Shown one piece after another: positions 37,170 to 46,629 of a DNA stretch of 64,000 bases. A program made the position numbers and the translations under genes. Source of the stretch: Spirochaetaceae bacterium (GTDB lineage: Bacteria > Spirochaetota > Spirochaetia > WRBN01); assembly GCA_009784515.1 (NCBI GenBank), contig WRBN01000001.1, positions 628 to 64,627 on the forward strand, written 5' to 3'. The number at the start of each line of letters is the position of its first letter. The first letter of the stretch is position 1. Below the pieces are notes generated by a model. That model was not told where the DNA came from. It was given only the letters and a program-made list of their open reading frames with translations, and did no database searches.

Positions 37170-38036
37170 TTATATGTATTCTTTCACCAAAGTGTTATAA
37201 AACAAATCTTCGCTTAAGTTTAAATCGGCCTTAACCAAAGCCTCCGGCGCATAACCTTTCACCACCTCTTGGTAGCTGGCCATCTCTTTTTGATAAAGCA
37301 CACCGGTAAGCCAGCCCTCTTTTTCGGTAATAGCTTTAAAGGCAGCGGTTATATCGCTGGGGTTGTAACCGGCAATATCAGCTACATTACTTAACCGCTC
37401 TTTGTACCACTGCACATCGTTGGTTTTATTGTAGGTAGGACAAGGGCTGTAAATAACCACCAGCGAAAAACCTTTGTGGTTAATGGCCTTTTCGATAATG
37501 TCGGTCATTTGGTTAAGGTCGCTCGAAAAACTTTGGGCCACAAAGGTCGCACCGCTGGCTAAAGCCAGCTGCACCGAAGAGATAGGCCTTTCCACCGACC
37601 CGGTGGGGCTGCTGTTGGTAATTTGCCCTATATCGCTGCGCGGCGACATCTGCCCCTTAGTTAAACCATAAATTTGATTATCCATTACAATATAAGTCAT
37701 ATCTATATTACGGCGCATAGCGTGCACGGTATGGTTGGTACCAATGGCAAAACCATCACCATCACCGCCGGCGGCAATTACGGTAAGTTCGCGGTTAGCC
37801 ATTTTAATGCCCTGCGCCACCGGTAAAGCACGGCCATGCAAGCCATGTACGCCATAACTGCGTACATAACCGGCTAAACGGCCGCTACAGCCAATACCGG
37901 TAGATAAAGCCAACTGATGCGGCTCTATCCCGCAATTTGCCGCCGCTTTTTGAATGGCAGCCAATACTCCGTAGTCGCCGCAGCCCGGACACCAGTTAGG
38001 TTTTACATCGTTTTTAAAATCGTTTGCTGTGGCCAT
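37170..38036 (-). CDS. korB: 2-oxoacid:ferredoxin oxidoreductase beta (TPP-binding) subunit; 2-oxoglutarate specificity inferred from context
   Basis: WCPGCGDYG and GDGDG TPP motifs. Confidence 0.85.
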   Translation of the reverse strand: MATANDFKNDVKPNWCPGCGDYGVLAAIQKAAANCGIEPHQLALSTGIGCSGRLAGYVRSYGVHGLHGRALPVAQGIKMANRELTVIAAGGDGDGFAIGTNHTVHAMRRNIDMTYIVMDNQIYGLTKGQMSPRSDIGQITNSSPTGSVERPISSVQLALASGATFVAQSFSSDLNQMTDIIEKAINHKGFSLVVIYSPCPTYNKTNDVQWYKERLSNVADIAGYNPSDITAAFKAITEKEGWLTGVLYQKEMASYQEVVKGYAPEALVKADLNLSEDLFYNTLVKEYI

Positions 38037-39776
38037 TTACAGCACCTCCTTGCTTTTTTTGTAAAGTTCGCCCGGTAAAAAGGGGCTACCATCGTACTTT
38101 AAAATATTTTTAATTTTTTCGGCCTGCCCTACCTCCAGCTTCATTATCTGTGCCAGCTGGGCAGTAGCGTTGTTCTCCACAATAATAATTTTTTTAGCTT
38201 TTTTTACTAATGGGGCTACTTTTTCGGCCGGGAAGGGGTGGATTAACCTAATATGGGCGTGGCCTGCCTTAACACCTTCGCCGTTAAGTTTGGCTACCGT
38301 CTCTTCAATGGCTCCGCGTGTGGAGTTAAAACCTACAAATAAAACATCTAGCGCATCGGCCTCTTTAGCAACGGCATTAATATGCACCGGCTCGGCCACC
38401 TTAACGCTTTTTAATTTGCGCAGCCTCTTATCCATTTGGTTTATGCGGTTACTTACTACTTCGCTGGGTTTGCCCATTTCGTTATGCTCTACGCCCGTTG
38501 AGTGATGAATACCATTAACCATACCCGGCACCACACGCGGCGATACGCCGCTTTCGGTTACTAAATAACGTTTAAAATAATCCGTTGGGTCGGCTGGGGC
38601 CGGTACACTGCTTTGTAAAGCACCGCGTCTAATTTGCACCTTCTTTAAATTAAGCATTTCAACGGTTTGTTTGCTGCTGCCCATTTGCATGTCTATTATT
38701 AAAATAACCGGGCACTGAAACTCTTCGGCCAAGTTAAAGGCCTCAGTGGTATCGTAAAAAGCCTCTTCCACAGTACTGGGGGCCAGCACAATTTTAGGAA
38801 TATCGCCGTGCGTGTTGTAAATAGCGGCCATAATATCCGATTGCTCATGGCGAGTTGGCAAGCCGGTACTAGGGCCGCCGCGCTGCACATCTACCACCAC
38901 CAGCGGGGCCTCTATCATTGCAGCAAAGCCAATGCCTTCGGCCTTTAGCGATAAGCCGGGCCCAGAGGTATTAGTTACACTGCGCACACCGGCATAACCG
39001 GCGCCAATGGTCATCATAACGGCGCTAATTTCGTCTTCGGTTTGCACCACCGCACCGCCCACTTTAGGCAAGTGCCGAATGAGGTACTCCATAATTTCTG
39101 TAGCAGGAGTGATGGGGTAACTAGCCATAAAACGCGCTCCGCCGGCAATACAGCCCATACCCACAATATCGTTACCGGTAATAAATAAACGCTCGGCTTT
39201 ATTAGCTGCCTCCATCTTAAAAGGAGTGCTGCCCAGTTTGTTGTCTACTTCGGCTTTACCGGCTTTAATGGCTTCTATATTACTTTTAACCACCGCTTCA
39301 CCTTTACGGCCAAACTTTTCGGCGGCTATTTCGGTAAAAACAGTAGTGTCTAGTCCCATTAAAGCCGCACTAGCGCCAACGGCCACCATATTTTTCATGA
39401 GCGGCGTGCCTAAGTTTTTAGCTATATCGGTAAAAGGGATAACCAGCAGTTTAGCGCCACAGCCCGATGGCAGCAACGGCTCAAATTTGGCATCGGCCAA
39501 AATGATGCCCTCTTTTACTACCTCATGGTAGTTTAAATCGATAGCTTCTTGGTCAAAAGCCACCAAAATGTGCACTGCATCGGCGGTGCTATACAGCCTA
39601 TCCACCGATACCCTAATTTTATTAGTGCTGGGGCCGCCTTTAACCCTTGATGAAAAGGTACGAAAGGCATTTAAATAATACCCCAGCCTATTTAAGCCGG
39701 TCGAAAATAAATCGCCGGTGGCCTCGATACCTTCGCCCTGCGTACCGCCAATTTTCCATGAAATTTCCTTAAACAT
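38037..39776 (-). CDS. korA: 2-oxoacid:ferredoxin oxidoreductase alpha subunit (gamma-alpha fusion type)
   Basis: N-terminal gamma-like domain plus pyrimidine-binding domain YPITPATE. Confidence 0.85.
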   Translation of the reverse strand: MFKEISWKIGGTQGEGIEATGDLFSTGLNRLGYYLNAFRTFSSRVKGGPSTNKIRVSVDRLYSTADAVHILVAFDQEAIDLNYHEVVKEGIILADAKFEPLLPSGCGAKLLVIPFTDIAKNLGTPLMKNMVAVGASAALMGLDTTVFTEIAAEKFGRKGEAVVKSNIEAIKAGKAEVDNKLGSTPFKMEAANKAERLFITGNDIVGMGCIAGGARFMASYPITPATEIMEYLIRHLPKVGGAVVQTEDEISAVMMTIGAGYAGVRSVTNTSGPGLSLKAEGIGFAAMIEAPLVVVDVQRGGPSTGLPTRHEQSDIMAAIYNTHGDIPKIVLAPSTVEEAFYDTTEAFNLAEEFQCPVILIIDMQMGSSKQTVEMLNLKKVQIRRGALQSSVPAPADPTDYFKRYLVTESGVSPRVVPGMVNGIHHSTGVEHNEMGKPSEVVSNRINQMDKRLRKLKSVKVAEPVHINAVAKEADALDVLFVGFNSTRGAIEETVAKLNGEGVKAGHAHIRLIHPFPAEKVAPLVKKAKKIIIVENNATAQLAQIMKLEVGQAEKIKNILKYDGSPFLPGELYKKSKEVL

Positions 39777-39792
39777 ATTTCCTCCTTTTAAT

Positions 39793-39807
39793 AACTGAAA
39801 GCTGAAA
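39793..39807. repeat. Left inverted repeat of the four-helix-bundle cassette (AACTGAAAGCTGAAA)
   Basis: Perfect reverse complement of 40197..40211. Confidence 0.85.
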
Positions 39808-39822
39808 GGTGAAAACTAAAAA

Positions 39823-40176
39823 TTATGTTTTACTTTTAAGAGTTTTAATTGTAGAAACAAGCATTTTAAGTAATTCATCACAATCCGTTTTAATACTTTC
39901 ATATTGTTCTTTGGTTAAATATTCCGTTTCAAAGAGTAATTCAAGCCAATATTTTGCCTCATTAGCTTCTTTAAGTGCAATATTATTTTTATGAATAAAA
40001 TCTAAATTACTTTGAGCGTGCTCTGCCTCCATAATATTTGCCCCTACGCTTGTACCACTTTTTAAAAGCTGCTTTGACATAATAAACTCTTTTTTCTCAT
40101 TAGTTAAATGTTTAAAAAGATTTACAATTCTTATGGCAAACCTCTTGCTCTTTTCTTGCAATATACTTTCTTTCAT
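39823..40176 (-). CDS. Four-helix-bundle protein (23S rRNA intervening-sequence protein family, Avd-like)
   Basis: FA.RI..L...L......I..QLL.SGTSVGANI.EA......DF..K...A.KE..E..YWL.LL pattern typical of TIGR02436/PF05635. Confidence 0.85.
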   Translation of the reverse strand: MKESILQEKSKRFAIRIVNLFKHLTNEKKEFIMSKQLLKSGTSVGANIMEAEHAQSNLDFIHKNNIALKEANEAKYWLELLFETEYLTKEQYESIKTDCDELLKMLVSTIKTLKSKT

Positions 40177-40196
40177 ATTATCTCCTAACTTTCAGT

Positions 40197-40211
40197 TTTC
40201 AGCTTTCAGTT
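40197..40211. repeat. Right inverted repeat of the four-helix-bundle cassette (TTTCAGCTTTCAGTT)
   Basis: Perfect reverse complement of 39793..39807. Confidence 0.85.
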
Positions 40212-40221
40212 TTCAACTATT

Positions 40222-41496
40222 TTATGGAAAAAATGGAAATAAAATTGGTAGTAAAACCGCACTAACCGTAAGACAAATAATAAACAAAGGTAAACCAACT
40301 TTTGTAAAATCGCTAAATTTATAACCGCCTACACCCACAATCATGACGTTGGGCGGGGTGGCAATAGGGGTGGTAAAGGCGCACGAAGCCCCCACTACCG
40401 TAGCGGCCATAAGAGCGCGCGGGTCGGCGCCCATTGTTTGGGCAACAGAAAGACTAATCGGCACCATTAAAGCCACACTAGCGGTGATAGACATAAATTG
40501 CGCCAGCCCGCCGGTAATAAGCAAAATAGCCGCCAGCAAAGCAAAAGGAGCCGCATTTTCGCCACCTAATAAGCTAATTACCGCAGTGGCAATGACTCTA
40601 TCGGCCCCGCTGGCCTGCATAGCCGCCGCCAAGGCCAAAGTACCGCCAAACAAAAAAACCACTTTTAAATCGATGGCTTTATAGGCTTGCTTTTCGTTAA
40701 TAACTTTGGTAAGCACCATCAATATAGCCCCAATGGTACTGGCTATATTGATAGCCAGCCCAATGTATTGGCCTATAATCATTAAAAAAACGGTAAAAAG
40801 CATAATAGCTAAAGCTAAATAACGTTTATAAGCCGGCACCGTGCTATAATCGGCTTGCCCGCTAAAAGCCCCATCGGTCGTGGCATGGTTAGGCAACAAT
40901 TTATAACCAATGGTGGTAAAATAAATAATACCTAATGCTATCATTGGCAGCCCTATTTTAGTAAGCTCAAAAAACCCGAACCCACTGCCGGTGGCCGTTA
41001 CTAAAGCGCTATGGGCTATCATATTACCCGGCGTAGCAATTAAAGAGGTATTAGAACCCAATGCTACGGCATAAACCATAGGGATTAATAACTTAGAGCG
41101 AGCAACTTTTTTTTTAGCCGCCACTCCCACCAAGATGGGGATAAGTATTGCCGCCGTACCGGTATTAGATAAAAACACCGATAACGAGGCGCCCAAAAGC
41201 ATAACAACAACAATAAGCCCTTTTTCGCCTTTAATAAACTTTAATTTAGTAATAACCCCGCCAATTTGGCTGGCCATACCGGTTTCAAACAAGGCGCCGC
41301 CCACCACAAACATACCCACAAATAAAATAACCGGCGAGCTGACAAAGCCCGCAAAGGCTGCCGCCGGCGTAAGCACCCCTGTAACCACCAAACCTACGCA
41401 AACCAGCATTGCCGTTACCGCCAGCGGAATTTTCTCCAGCACAAACATAACTACGGCAAATAATAAAAAAAGTAAGGTGATGGTAACGGTACTCAT
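40222..41496 (-). CDS. SLC13/DASS-type anion (di/tricarboxylate-like) permease
   Basis: About 12 TM segments with repeated SNTG/ATPPN-type hairpin motifs (LSNTGTAA, TPIATPPN). Confidence 0.7.
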   Translation of the reverse strand: MSTVTITLLFLLFAVVMFVLEKIPLAVTAMLVCVGLVVTGVLTPAAAFAGFVSSPVILFVGMFVVGGALFETGMASQIGGVITKLKFIKGEKGLIVVVMLLGASLSVFLSNTGTAAILIPILVGVAAKKKVARSKLLIPMVYAVALGSNTSLIATPGNMIAHSALVTATGSGFGFFELTKIGLPMIALGIIYFTTIGYKLLPNHATTDGAFSGQADYSTVPAYKRYLALAIMLFTVFLMIIGQYIGLAINIASTIGAILMVLTKVINEKQAYKAIDLKVVFLFGGTLALAAAMQASGADRVIATAVISLLGGENAAPFALLAAILLITGGLAQFMSITASVALMVPISLSVAQTMGADPRALMAATVVGASCAFTTPIATPPNVMIVGVGGYKFSDFTKVGLPLFIICLTVSAVLLPILFPFFP

Positions 41497-41578
41497 ATTA
41501 TATCCTTCAGGTAAATTAAAAAGTAAAAATTAAGAATTAAAAGCTTTCCATGCTTACTTTTTAGTTCTTAATTCTTAA

Positions 41579-42835
41579 TTAAAAGGGGTAGCCCATCGTT
41601 TTACGGGCATCAACTAATTTTTTAAGGGCTAACATATAAGCGCTTTCACGCAAAGTAACCTTTTTATCTTTATGCATAGCGTAAACTTCTTCAAAGGCTT
41701 TACACATAATGTATTCCAATTTGTCGTTTACTTCTTCGGCGCTCCAGTAAAATGATTGCAAGTTTTGTACCCATTCAAAATACGATACCGTTACCCCGCC
41801 GGCATTAGCCAGTACATCGGGCACCACTAAAATACCCCTATCGGCCAAAATTTTATCGGCTTCGGCGGTGGTAGGGCCGTTGGCTCCCTCAACAATATAT
41901 TTAGCTTTAATATCATTTACATTGCCGATATTAATTTGATTTTCGAGAGCGCAAGGAACAAGCATATCGGTACTTAACAACAACAGCTCTTGATTGGTAA
42001 TATGCTCTACTTTACGTTTATCATAATCTTTAATCAAATTACCTTTGGTGCTTAGGTAGTTTAGCACATCGGCCATATCCAGCCCTTTTTTGTGGTAAAT
42101 GGCTCCCGAAACATCACTTACGGCAATAATATTAGCCCCCAGCTCGTGCAAAAGCTTAGCCCCAATGCTGCCCACATTGCCCATGCCTTGCACCACAACA
42201 TCTAAGTTTTTGATAGGTATATTAAGTTTTTTAAGCAGCTCGCGGGCGGCAATCATCACGCCGTGCCCGGTGGCCTCGACCCGTCCCAGCGAGCCGCCAA
42301 TATGCACCGGTTTACCGGTAGTTACTCCCGGCGCATTATAACCCTTTAATAAATTATAGGTGCTAACCAGCCAGCCCATAATTTGACCGTTGGTATTAAC
42401 ATCGGGGGCAGGAATATCGCGCTCGGGGCCAATAATAGGGGCTATCATTGCCGTAAACCCACGCGTTAAACGCTCCAGCTCGCCTAACGAAAGCTCGCTG
42501 GGTTCTACGGTAACCCCGCCTTTACCGCCGCCATAGGGTATACCCACAACGGCGCATTTAAAAGTCATCCATGCCGCTAAGGCTTTTACTTCGTTGTCAT
42601 CGGTAGCGGGGTGAAAGCGAATACCGCCCTTAGCCGGCCCGCGTAAGGTGGAATGCTGCACGCGATAACCCTCAAAAACTTTAACCTTACCATTATCCAT
42701 ACGCACCGGGAACGATACTTTTAGCTCGCGCTCGGGATACATCGTAGTAATATAATCGCTCTCTTCCAGTTCAAGCTTTTCGGCCGCCGCTTTAATAGCA
42801 GCCAGCACATCATTGTAAGGGTTATACGCACTCAT
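41579..42835 (-). CDS. gdh: Glutamate dehydrogenase (Glu/Leu/Phe/Val dehydrogenase family)
   Basis: GPAKGGIRFHP catalytic Lys motif and GMGNVG Rossmann motif. ATG with an AAGGAGAA SD; the track start is a TTG 2 codons upstream. Confidence 0.9.
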   Translation of the reverse strand: MSAYNPYNDVLAAIKAAAEKLELEESDYITTMYPERELKVSFPVRMDNGKVKVFEGYRVQHSTLRGPAKGGIRFHPATDDNEVKALAAWMTFKCAVVGIPYGGGKGGVTVEPSELSLGELERLTRGFTAMIAPIIGPERDIPAPDVNTNGQIMGWLVSTYNLLKGYNAPGVTTGKPVHIGGSLGRVEATGHGVMIAARELLKKLNIPIKNLDVVVQGMGNVGSIGAKLLHELGANIIAVSDVSGAIYHKKGLDMADVLNYLSTKGNLIKDYDKRKVEHITNQELLLLSTDMLVPCALENQINIGNVNDIKAKYIVEGANGPTTAEADKILADRGILVVPDVLANAGGVTVSYFEWVQNLQSFYWSAEEVNDKLEYIMCKAFEEVYAMHKDKKVTLRESAYMLALKKLVDARKTMGYPF

Positions 42836-43027
42836 CTTCAACTTTCTCCTTGTATTTCAATAACTTAAACAAAGCTAAATACATTAGCTACATTTAGTTG
42901 CACACCTTAAAACCAAACGCATAAATAATGCAATAATTATGTATTTTGTTATGAACTTTAATTAGTTTAGCATACTATAGAGCTTTGTCAAGTTGAAAAA
43001 TTTTTTTTTAATCGAAAACTGGGGACT

Positions 43028-43079
43028 AATAATTAAAAACTAAGAACTTCCAATGATTAATTCTTACTTTTTAATTATT
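43028..43079. repeat. 19-bp inverted repeat with one mismatch (AATAATTAAAAACTAAGAA / TTCTTACTTTTTAATTATT)
   Basis: Direct reading; 14-nt loop. Lies in the gdh/43134 divergent spacer. Confidence 0.7.
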
Positions 43080-43133
43080 AATTTTAAAGTGTAGTTTTAT
43101 AGCTCCGAAAGTTGTGTACTAAGGAGATTAACT

Positions 43134-43742
43134 ATGCCCAATCAATTAAATTACGCCGTAAAAATTATTATGCAAAACTATCCCACCTTTCCAGCCGGTA
43201 AAGAAAATGATGGCTACTTTTTAACCAGCCACATCTTTTTAGACCGCGCCTTAAGAGGCGACTGGAAAAGTTTAAAACACATTATTGATTACTTACTTAA
43301 AGATGAAGAGACTGCTAAAAAATTTGATAAAGCTTTAAAAATAGCCATGAACACTCATTTAAGGCCGGTAGAGGAACAAGATGGGTATTTAGCGTTAGCT
43401 TATACTTTATTAGAAGAAGCCTACAATAATAGGCATGGCAAAGCTTTAAGATTTTTGTTTGATTACTTAGCCAAAGAAGAAGCCGATGATGAGGGCGATA
43501 ATGATGAGGACGAAATGAAGTTACCCCCGGTCAAAGTGAATAACAAAGCTAAACCCGCCCCAAGCTCTGCTAAAACTAAGCCGGAGGATAAGAACCATCA
43601 TCAAGATAGGCCGGAGAGTAAAGATAAGCAGCCGGCCGAACCGGTGGCTGTAGATTTAGCCGGCGACATACGGCAGATGGTAAGCGAGATGCCTGATGAT
43701 TTAAGAGAGTATTTAACGGAAACATTAGTAACGAAAACTTAA
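43134..43742 (+). CDS. Hypothetical protein with internal duplicated helical motif and acidic/Lys-Pro-rich tail
   Basis: AAGGAGA SD. Repeats ...LKHIIDYLLKDEE / ...LRFLFDYLAKEEADDE. Confidence 0.5.
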   Translation: MPNQLNYAVKIIMQNYPTFPAGKENDGYFLTSHIFLDRALRGDWKSLKHIIDYLLKDEETAKKFDKALKIAMNTHLRPVEEQDGYLALAYTLLEEAYNNRHGKALRFLFDYLAKEEADDEGDNDEDEMKLPPVKVNNKAKPAPSSAKTKPEDKNHHQDRPESKDKQPAEPVAVDLAGDIRQMVSEMPDDLREYLTETLVTKT

Positions 43743-43782
43743 AAACTTTTATCTTCCAGTTATTAATTATTCCCTAGCCCTT

Positions 43783-44895
43783 GTGGCTAATAGCCATAAA
43801 TGCTATACTGCTTTTATGTTAAAAGCCGGGTTAATGATAATATTGTTAGCATTTAGCTTACCCATAATTAATGGCCAAACCCTTACGCTTACTTTTGCCG
43901 GCGATATTATGGCCCACGATGTTAATATTTTTAGAGATAACGGCTATTACGTTTACAAAGCTATTACAAATATTTTACAGGCCAGCGATTTTAACTTCGC
44001 TAATTTTGAAACACCTATTTACGAGGCCGTTAGGCCGCAAACTTACCCTTTCTTTAATGTGCACAGAGAGTACGCCGAAAGGGCTATTAAGGCCGGTTTT
44101 AATGTTTTTAGTTTAGCTAATAACCATTCGTTAGACCATGGCCGGGCGGGGGTTTTAGCCACAATGACGGCTTGGCAGCAGCTGCACGAACAGCACCCGC
44201 AAATTGCTTATTCGGGCTTGCGCGGGGCTAACACCCCGTGGCAGGTAACTACTTTAAATAAAAATGGTATTAGGTTAGCTTTTATCGCTTTTACGCAGTT
44301 TATTAACTTGCCGCAAAGCGGCAGCAGCGAGGGGCAAGAGCATATCAATATCATCTCTCTTACTAGGGCCGATGAACGCGAACGTTTAATCACTGTCTTA
44401 CAAGAGGCGCGCCACAACCACGATGTCGTTATTTTTTCGTATCATGGCGGCGAAGAATATGTGCGCACGATTGAAGAACGTAAAAATAATTTTTTTAAAG
44501 AGCTTATCGATAAAGCCGGTGTCGATATTATTTGGGGCCATCACCCGCATGTTTTGCAGCCCTACCAATACCATAACGGCAAGCTCATTATTAACAGCAG
44601 CGGTAACCTGATAAGCGGCCAAACGTGGGGCTTAACCAGCGGTAATTACACCCGCGAGTGGGCCTTTACCGGCGATAGCGCCCTTTACCAAGTATATATT
44701 GGTTTTGACCAAGGCGAGCTAACTTTAAGCGTTCGGCTTATCCCTATTAGTAACTACCGCCACCCGCAGCACGGTATGGTCATTATTTTATTAGACGAAC
44801 CCAATAGTATTTTTACCGATATGAGTGAGGCTTGGCTTAATTATTTTATCCGCCGCCGCGAGCACCTTGATTATTTACTTAAAGCAACATCGTAA
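43783..44895 (+). CDS. CapA-family metallophosphatase-like protein (poly-gamma-glutamate/capsule synthesis family)
   Basis: FAGDIMAHD, NFETP, SLANNHSLDHG, HGGEEY, WGHHPH. Confidence 0.75.
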   Translation: MANSHKCYTAFMLKAGLMIILLAFSLPIINGQTLTLTFAGDIMAHDVNIFRDNGYYVYKAITNILQASDFNFANFETPIYEAVRPQTYPFFNVHREYAERAIKAGFNVFSLANNHSLDHGRAGVLATMTAWQQLHEQHPQIAYSGLRGANTPWQVTTLNKNGIRLAFIAFTQFINLPQSGSSEGQEHINIISLTRADERERLITVLQEARHNHDVVIFSYHGGEEYVRTIEERKNNFFKELIDKAGVDIIWGHHPHVLQPYQYHNGKLIINSSGNLISGQTWGLTSGNYTREWAFTGDSALYQVYIGFDQGELTLSVRLIPISNYRHPQHGMVIILLDEPNSIFTDMSEAWLNYFIRRREHLDYLLKATS

Positions 44896-44957
44896 CGCTA
44901 AAAGGTTGTTGCTAAATAGCCTTTAATTATTCATTTTAATAACAAGGGAGGAATGTT

Positions 44958-46523
44958 ATGTTTTGTTTTCAGTGTCAAGAAACTATTAACAATAAAGGGT
45001 GCAGCGCTAAAATGGGGGCTTGCGGCAAACTTAACGAAGTAGCCGTAGCCCAAGACGACTTAATTTTAACCTTAAAAAAATTGGGGCAAGCCGCCTGTAG
45101 CCAACAACAGCAAAATAAAGACGTCCCCTTAACTATAGGTTATTTTATGGCAGAAGCTTTATTTGCTACCATTACCAATGCCAACTTTAATTTACAGGCT
45201 ATTAATAACTATCATGCTAAAGCCCAGCAGCTTATTGCCCAATTTGGCGGTAATAACGATAACCATCTGGCCGGGGTGCTGGCCACCGGCGATGAAGATA
45301 TTCGCAGTTGGCGCGAGCTAATGACTTATGGCCTAAAGGGAACTGCCGCTTACCTGCATCACGCCGCCGTACTAGGCTACGAAGAGGCCGAACTTTACAG
45401 CGCCTTCTACGAAAATTTAGCCAATTTATTAAACGATACGCTTACCATTAACGACTTAACCGCCGCCACCTTAGCCGTTGGCCGCTTAGCCGGTAAGGCA
45501 ATGGCTTTACTGGATAAAGCTAATACCACCAGTTATGGCCAGCCGCAGCCTACACAGGTAAATATTGGGGTAGGCACCCGGCCGGCCATTTTGGTGAGCG
45601 GCCACGATTTAAAAGATTTAGAACAACTGCTTAGCCAAACCGAAAACGAAGGGCTGGATATTTACACCCACAGCGAAATGCTGCCGGCGCATTATTACCC
45701 TAAACTTAGTAGATATAAGCATTTAGTAGGTAATTACGGTAATGCGTGGTTTAAACAGCACGAAGAGTTTAACCAATTTAACGGCCCTGTTTTGTTTACC
45801 AGCAACTGTTTAGTACCGGCAGCCGTTAAAGGTAACGAAGCTAAAATTTTTACTACCGGAGCAGTCGGTTATCCGGGCTGCACGCATATTACTGCCGATA
45901 GCCGGGGTGAAAAAGATTTTAGCGCTCTCATTGCCTTAGCTAAAACTTTACCGCCGCCTACGCAAATTGAAAGCGGCTACATCATCGGCGGGTTTGCCCA
46001 TAACCAAGTTATAGCGGTAGCCGATAAACTTGTCGCCGCCATTAAAGAAGGGGCCATTAAAAAATTTGTGGTGATGAGCGGCTGCGATGGCCGCCATAAC
46101 AGCCGGGCTTATTACACCGATTTTGCCGCCGATTTACCTAAAGATGTGATTATTTTAACTTCCGGCTGTGCAAAATACCGTTATAATAAATTAAATTTAG
46201 GCGATATTAATGGCATTCCGCGTGTACTCGATGCCGGCCAATGCAACGATAGTTACAGCTGGTTAGTTGTGGCCCTTAAATTGCAGGAAGTTTTTAAAGT
46301 AAATAATATCAACGATTTACCTATCGTCTTTAATATTGCTTGGTACGAGCAAAAAGCCGTAGCGGTGCTGCTGGCTTTGCTGGCTAACGGGATTACAAAT
46401 ATCCATTTAGGGCCAACTTTACCGGCTTTTGTCAGCCCTAATGTGCTTAAACTTTTAGGAGATAATTTTAAAATTGGTACTATCTCTACCGCCGCAAACG
46501 ATGTGAGTACTATGCTTAGTTAA
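44958..46523 (+). CDS. hcp: Hybrid-cluster protein (hydroxylamine reductase)
   Basis: MFCFQCQET N-terminal Cys cluster; length and C-terminal hybrid-cluster Cys residues fit. Confidence 0.95.
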   Translation: MFCFQCQETINNKGCSAKMGACGKLNEVAVAQDDLILTLKKLGQAACSQQQQNKDVPLTIGYFMAEALFATITNANFNLQAINNYHAKAQQLIAQFGGNNDNHLAGVLATGDEDIRSWRELMTYGLKGTAAYLHHAAVLGYEEAELYSAFYENLANLLNDTLTINDLTAATLAVGRLAGKAMALLDKANTTSYGQPQPTQVNIGVGTRPAILVSGHDLKDLEQLLSQTENEGLDIYTHSEMLPAHYYPKLSRYKHLVGNYGNAWFKQHEEFNQFNGPVLFTSNCLVPAAVKGNEAKIFTTGAVGYPGCTHITADSRGEKDFSALIALAKTLPPPTQIESGYIIGGFAHNQVIAVADKLVAAIKEGAIKKFVVMSGCDGRHNSRAYYTDFAADLPKDVIILTSGCAKYRYNKLNLGDINGIPRVLDAGQCNDSYSWLVVALKLQEVFKVNNINDLPIVFNIAWYEQKAVAVLLALLANGITNIHLGPTLPAFVSPNVLKLLGDNFKIGTISTAANDVSTMLS

Positions 46524-46531
46524 ATTAAACC

Positions 46532-46570
46532 GCTAATCCCTTGGGGCAATGCAGGGATTAGCCTAATTTA
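46532..46570 (+). terminator. Hairpin after hcp
   Basis: GCTAATCCC...GGGATTAGC with a weak T tail. Confidence 0.45.
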
Positions 46571-46629
46571 AGCGCTTAATTTGCAGCCCGGATATTGTTA
46601 AAAACGTAAATTTATTTTATAGTATCACT

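Noticed and set aside
39793-40211. Diversity-generating retroelement context for the Avd-like four-helix-bundle gene
   Set aside because: No reverse transcriptase, template/variable repeat pair or target gene with a C-type lectin fold was recognised within the window.
40187-40218. Short tandem TTTCAG(N) repeats as a possible CRISPR or tandem-repeat array
   Set aside because: The units are only 7-8 nt with no spacers of unique sequence, and no cas genes are present. They are better explained as arms of the inverted-repeat family.
41511-41580. A/T-rich element after gdh as a simple terminator hairpin
   Set aside because: Its complementary segments are arranged X-Y...rcX-rcY, a crossing arrangement rather than a nested one. 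It does not fold into one clean stem-loop with a T-tail, so it is listed only as a member of the repeat family.
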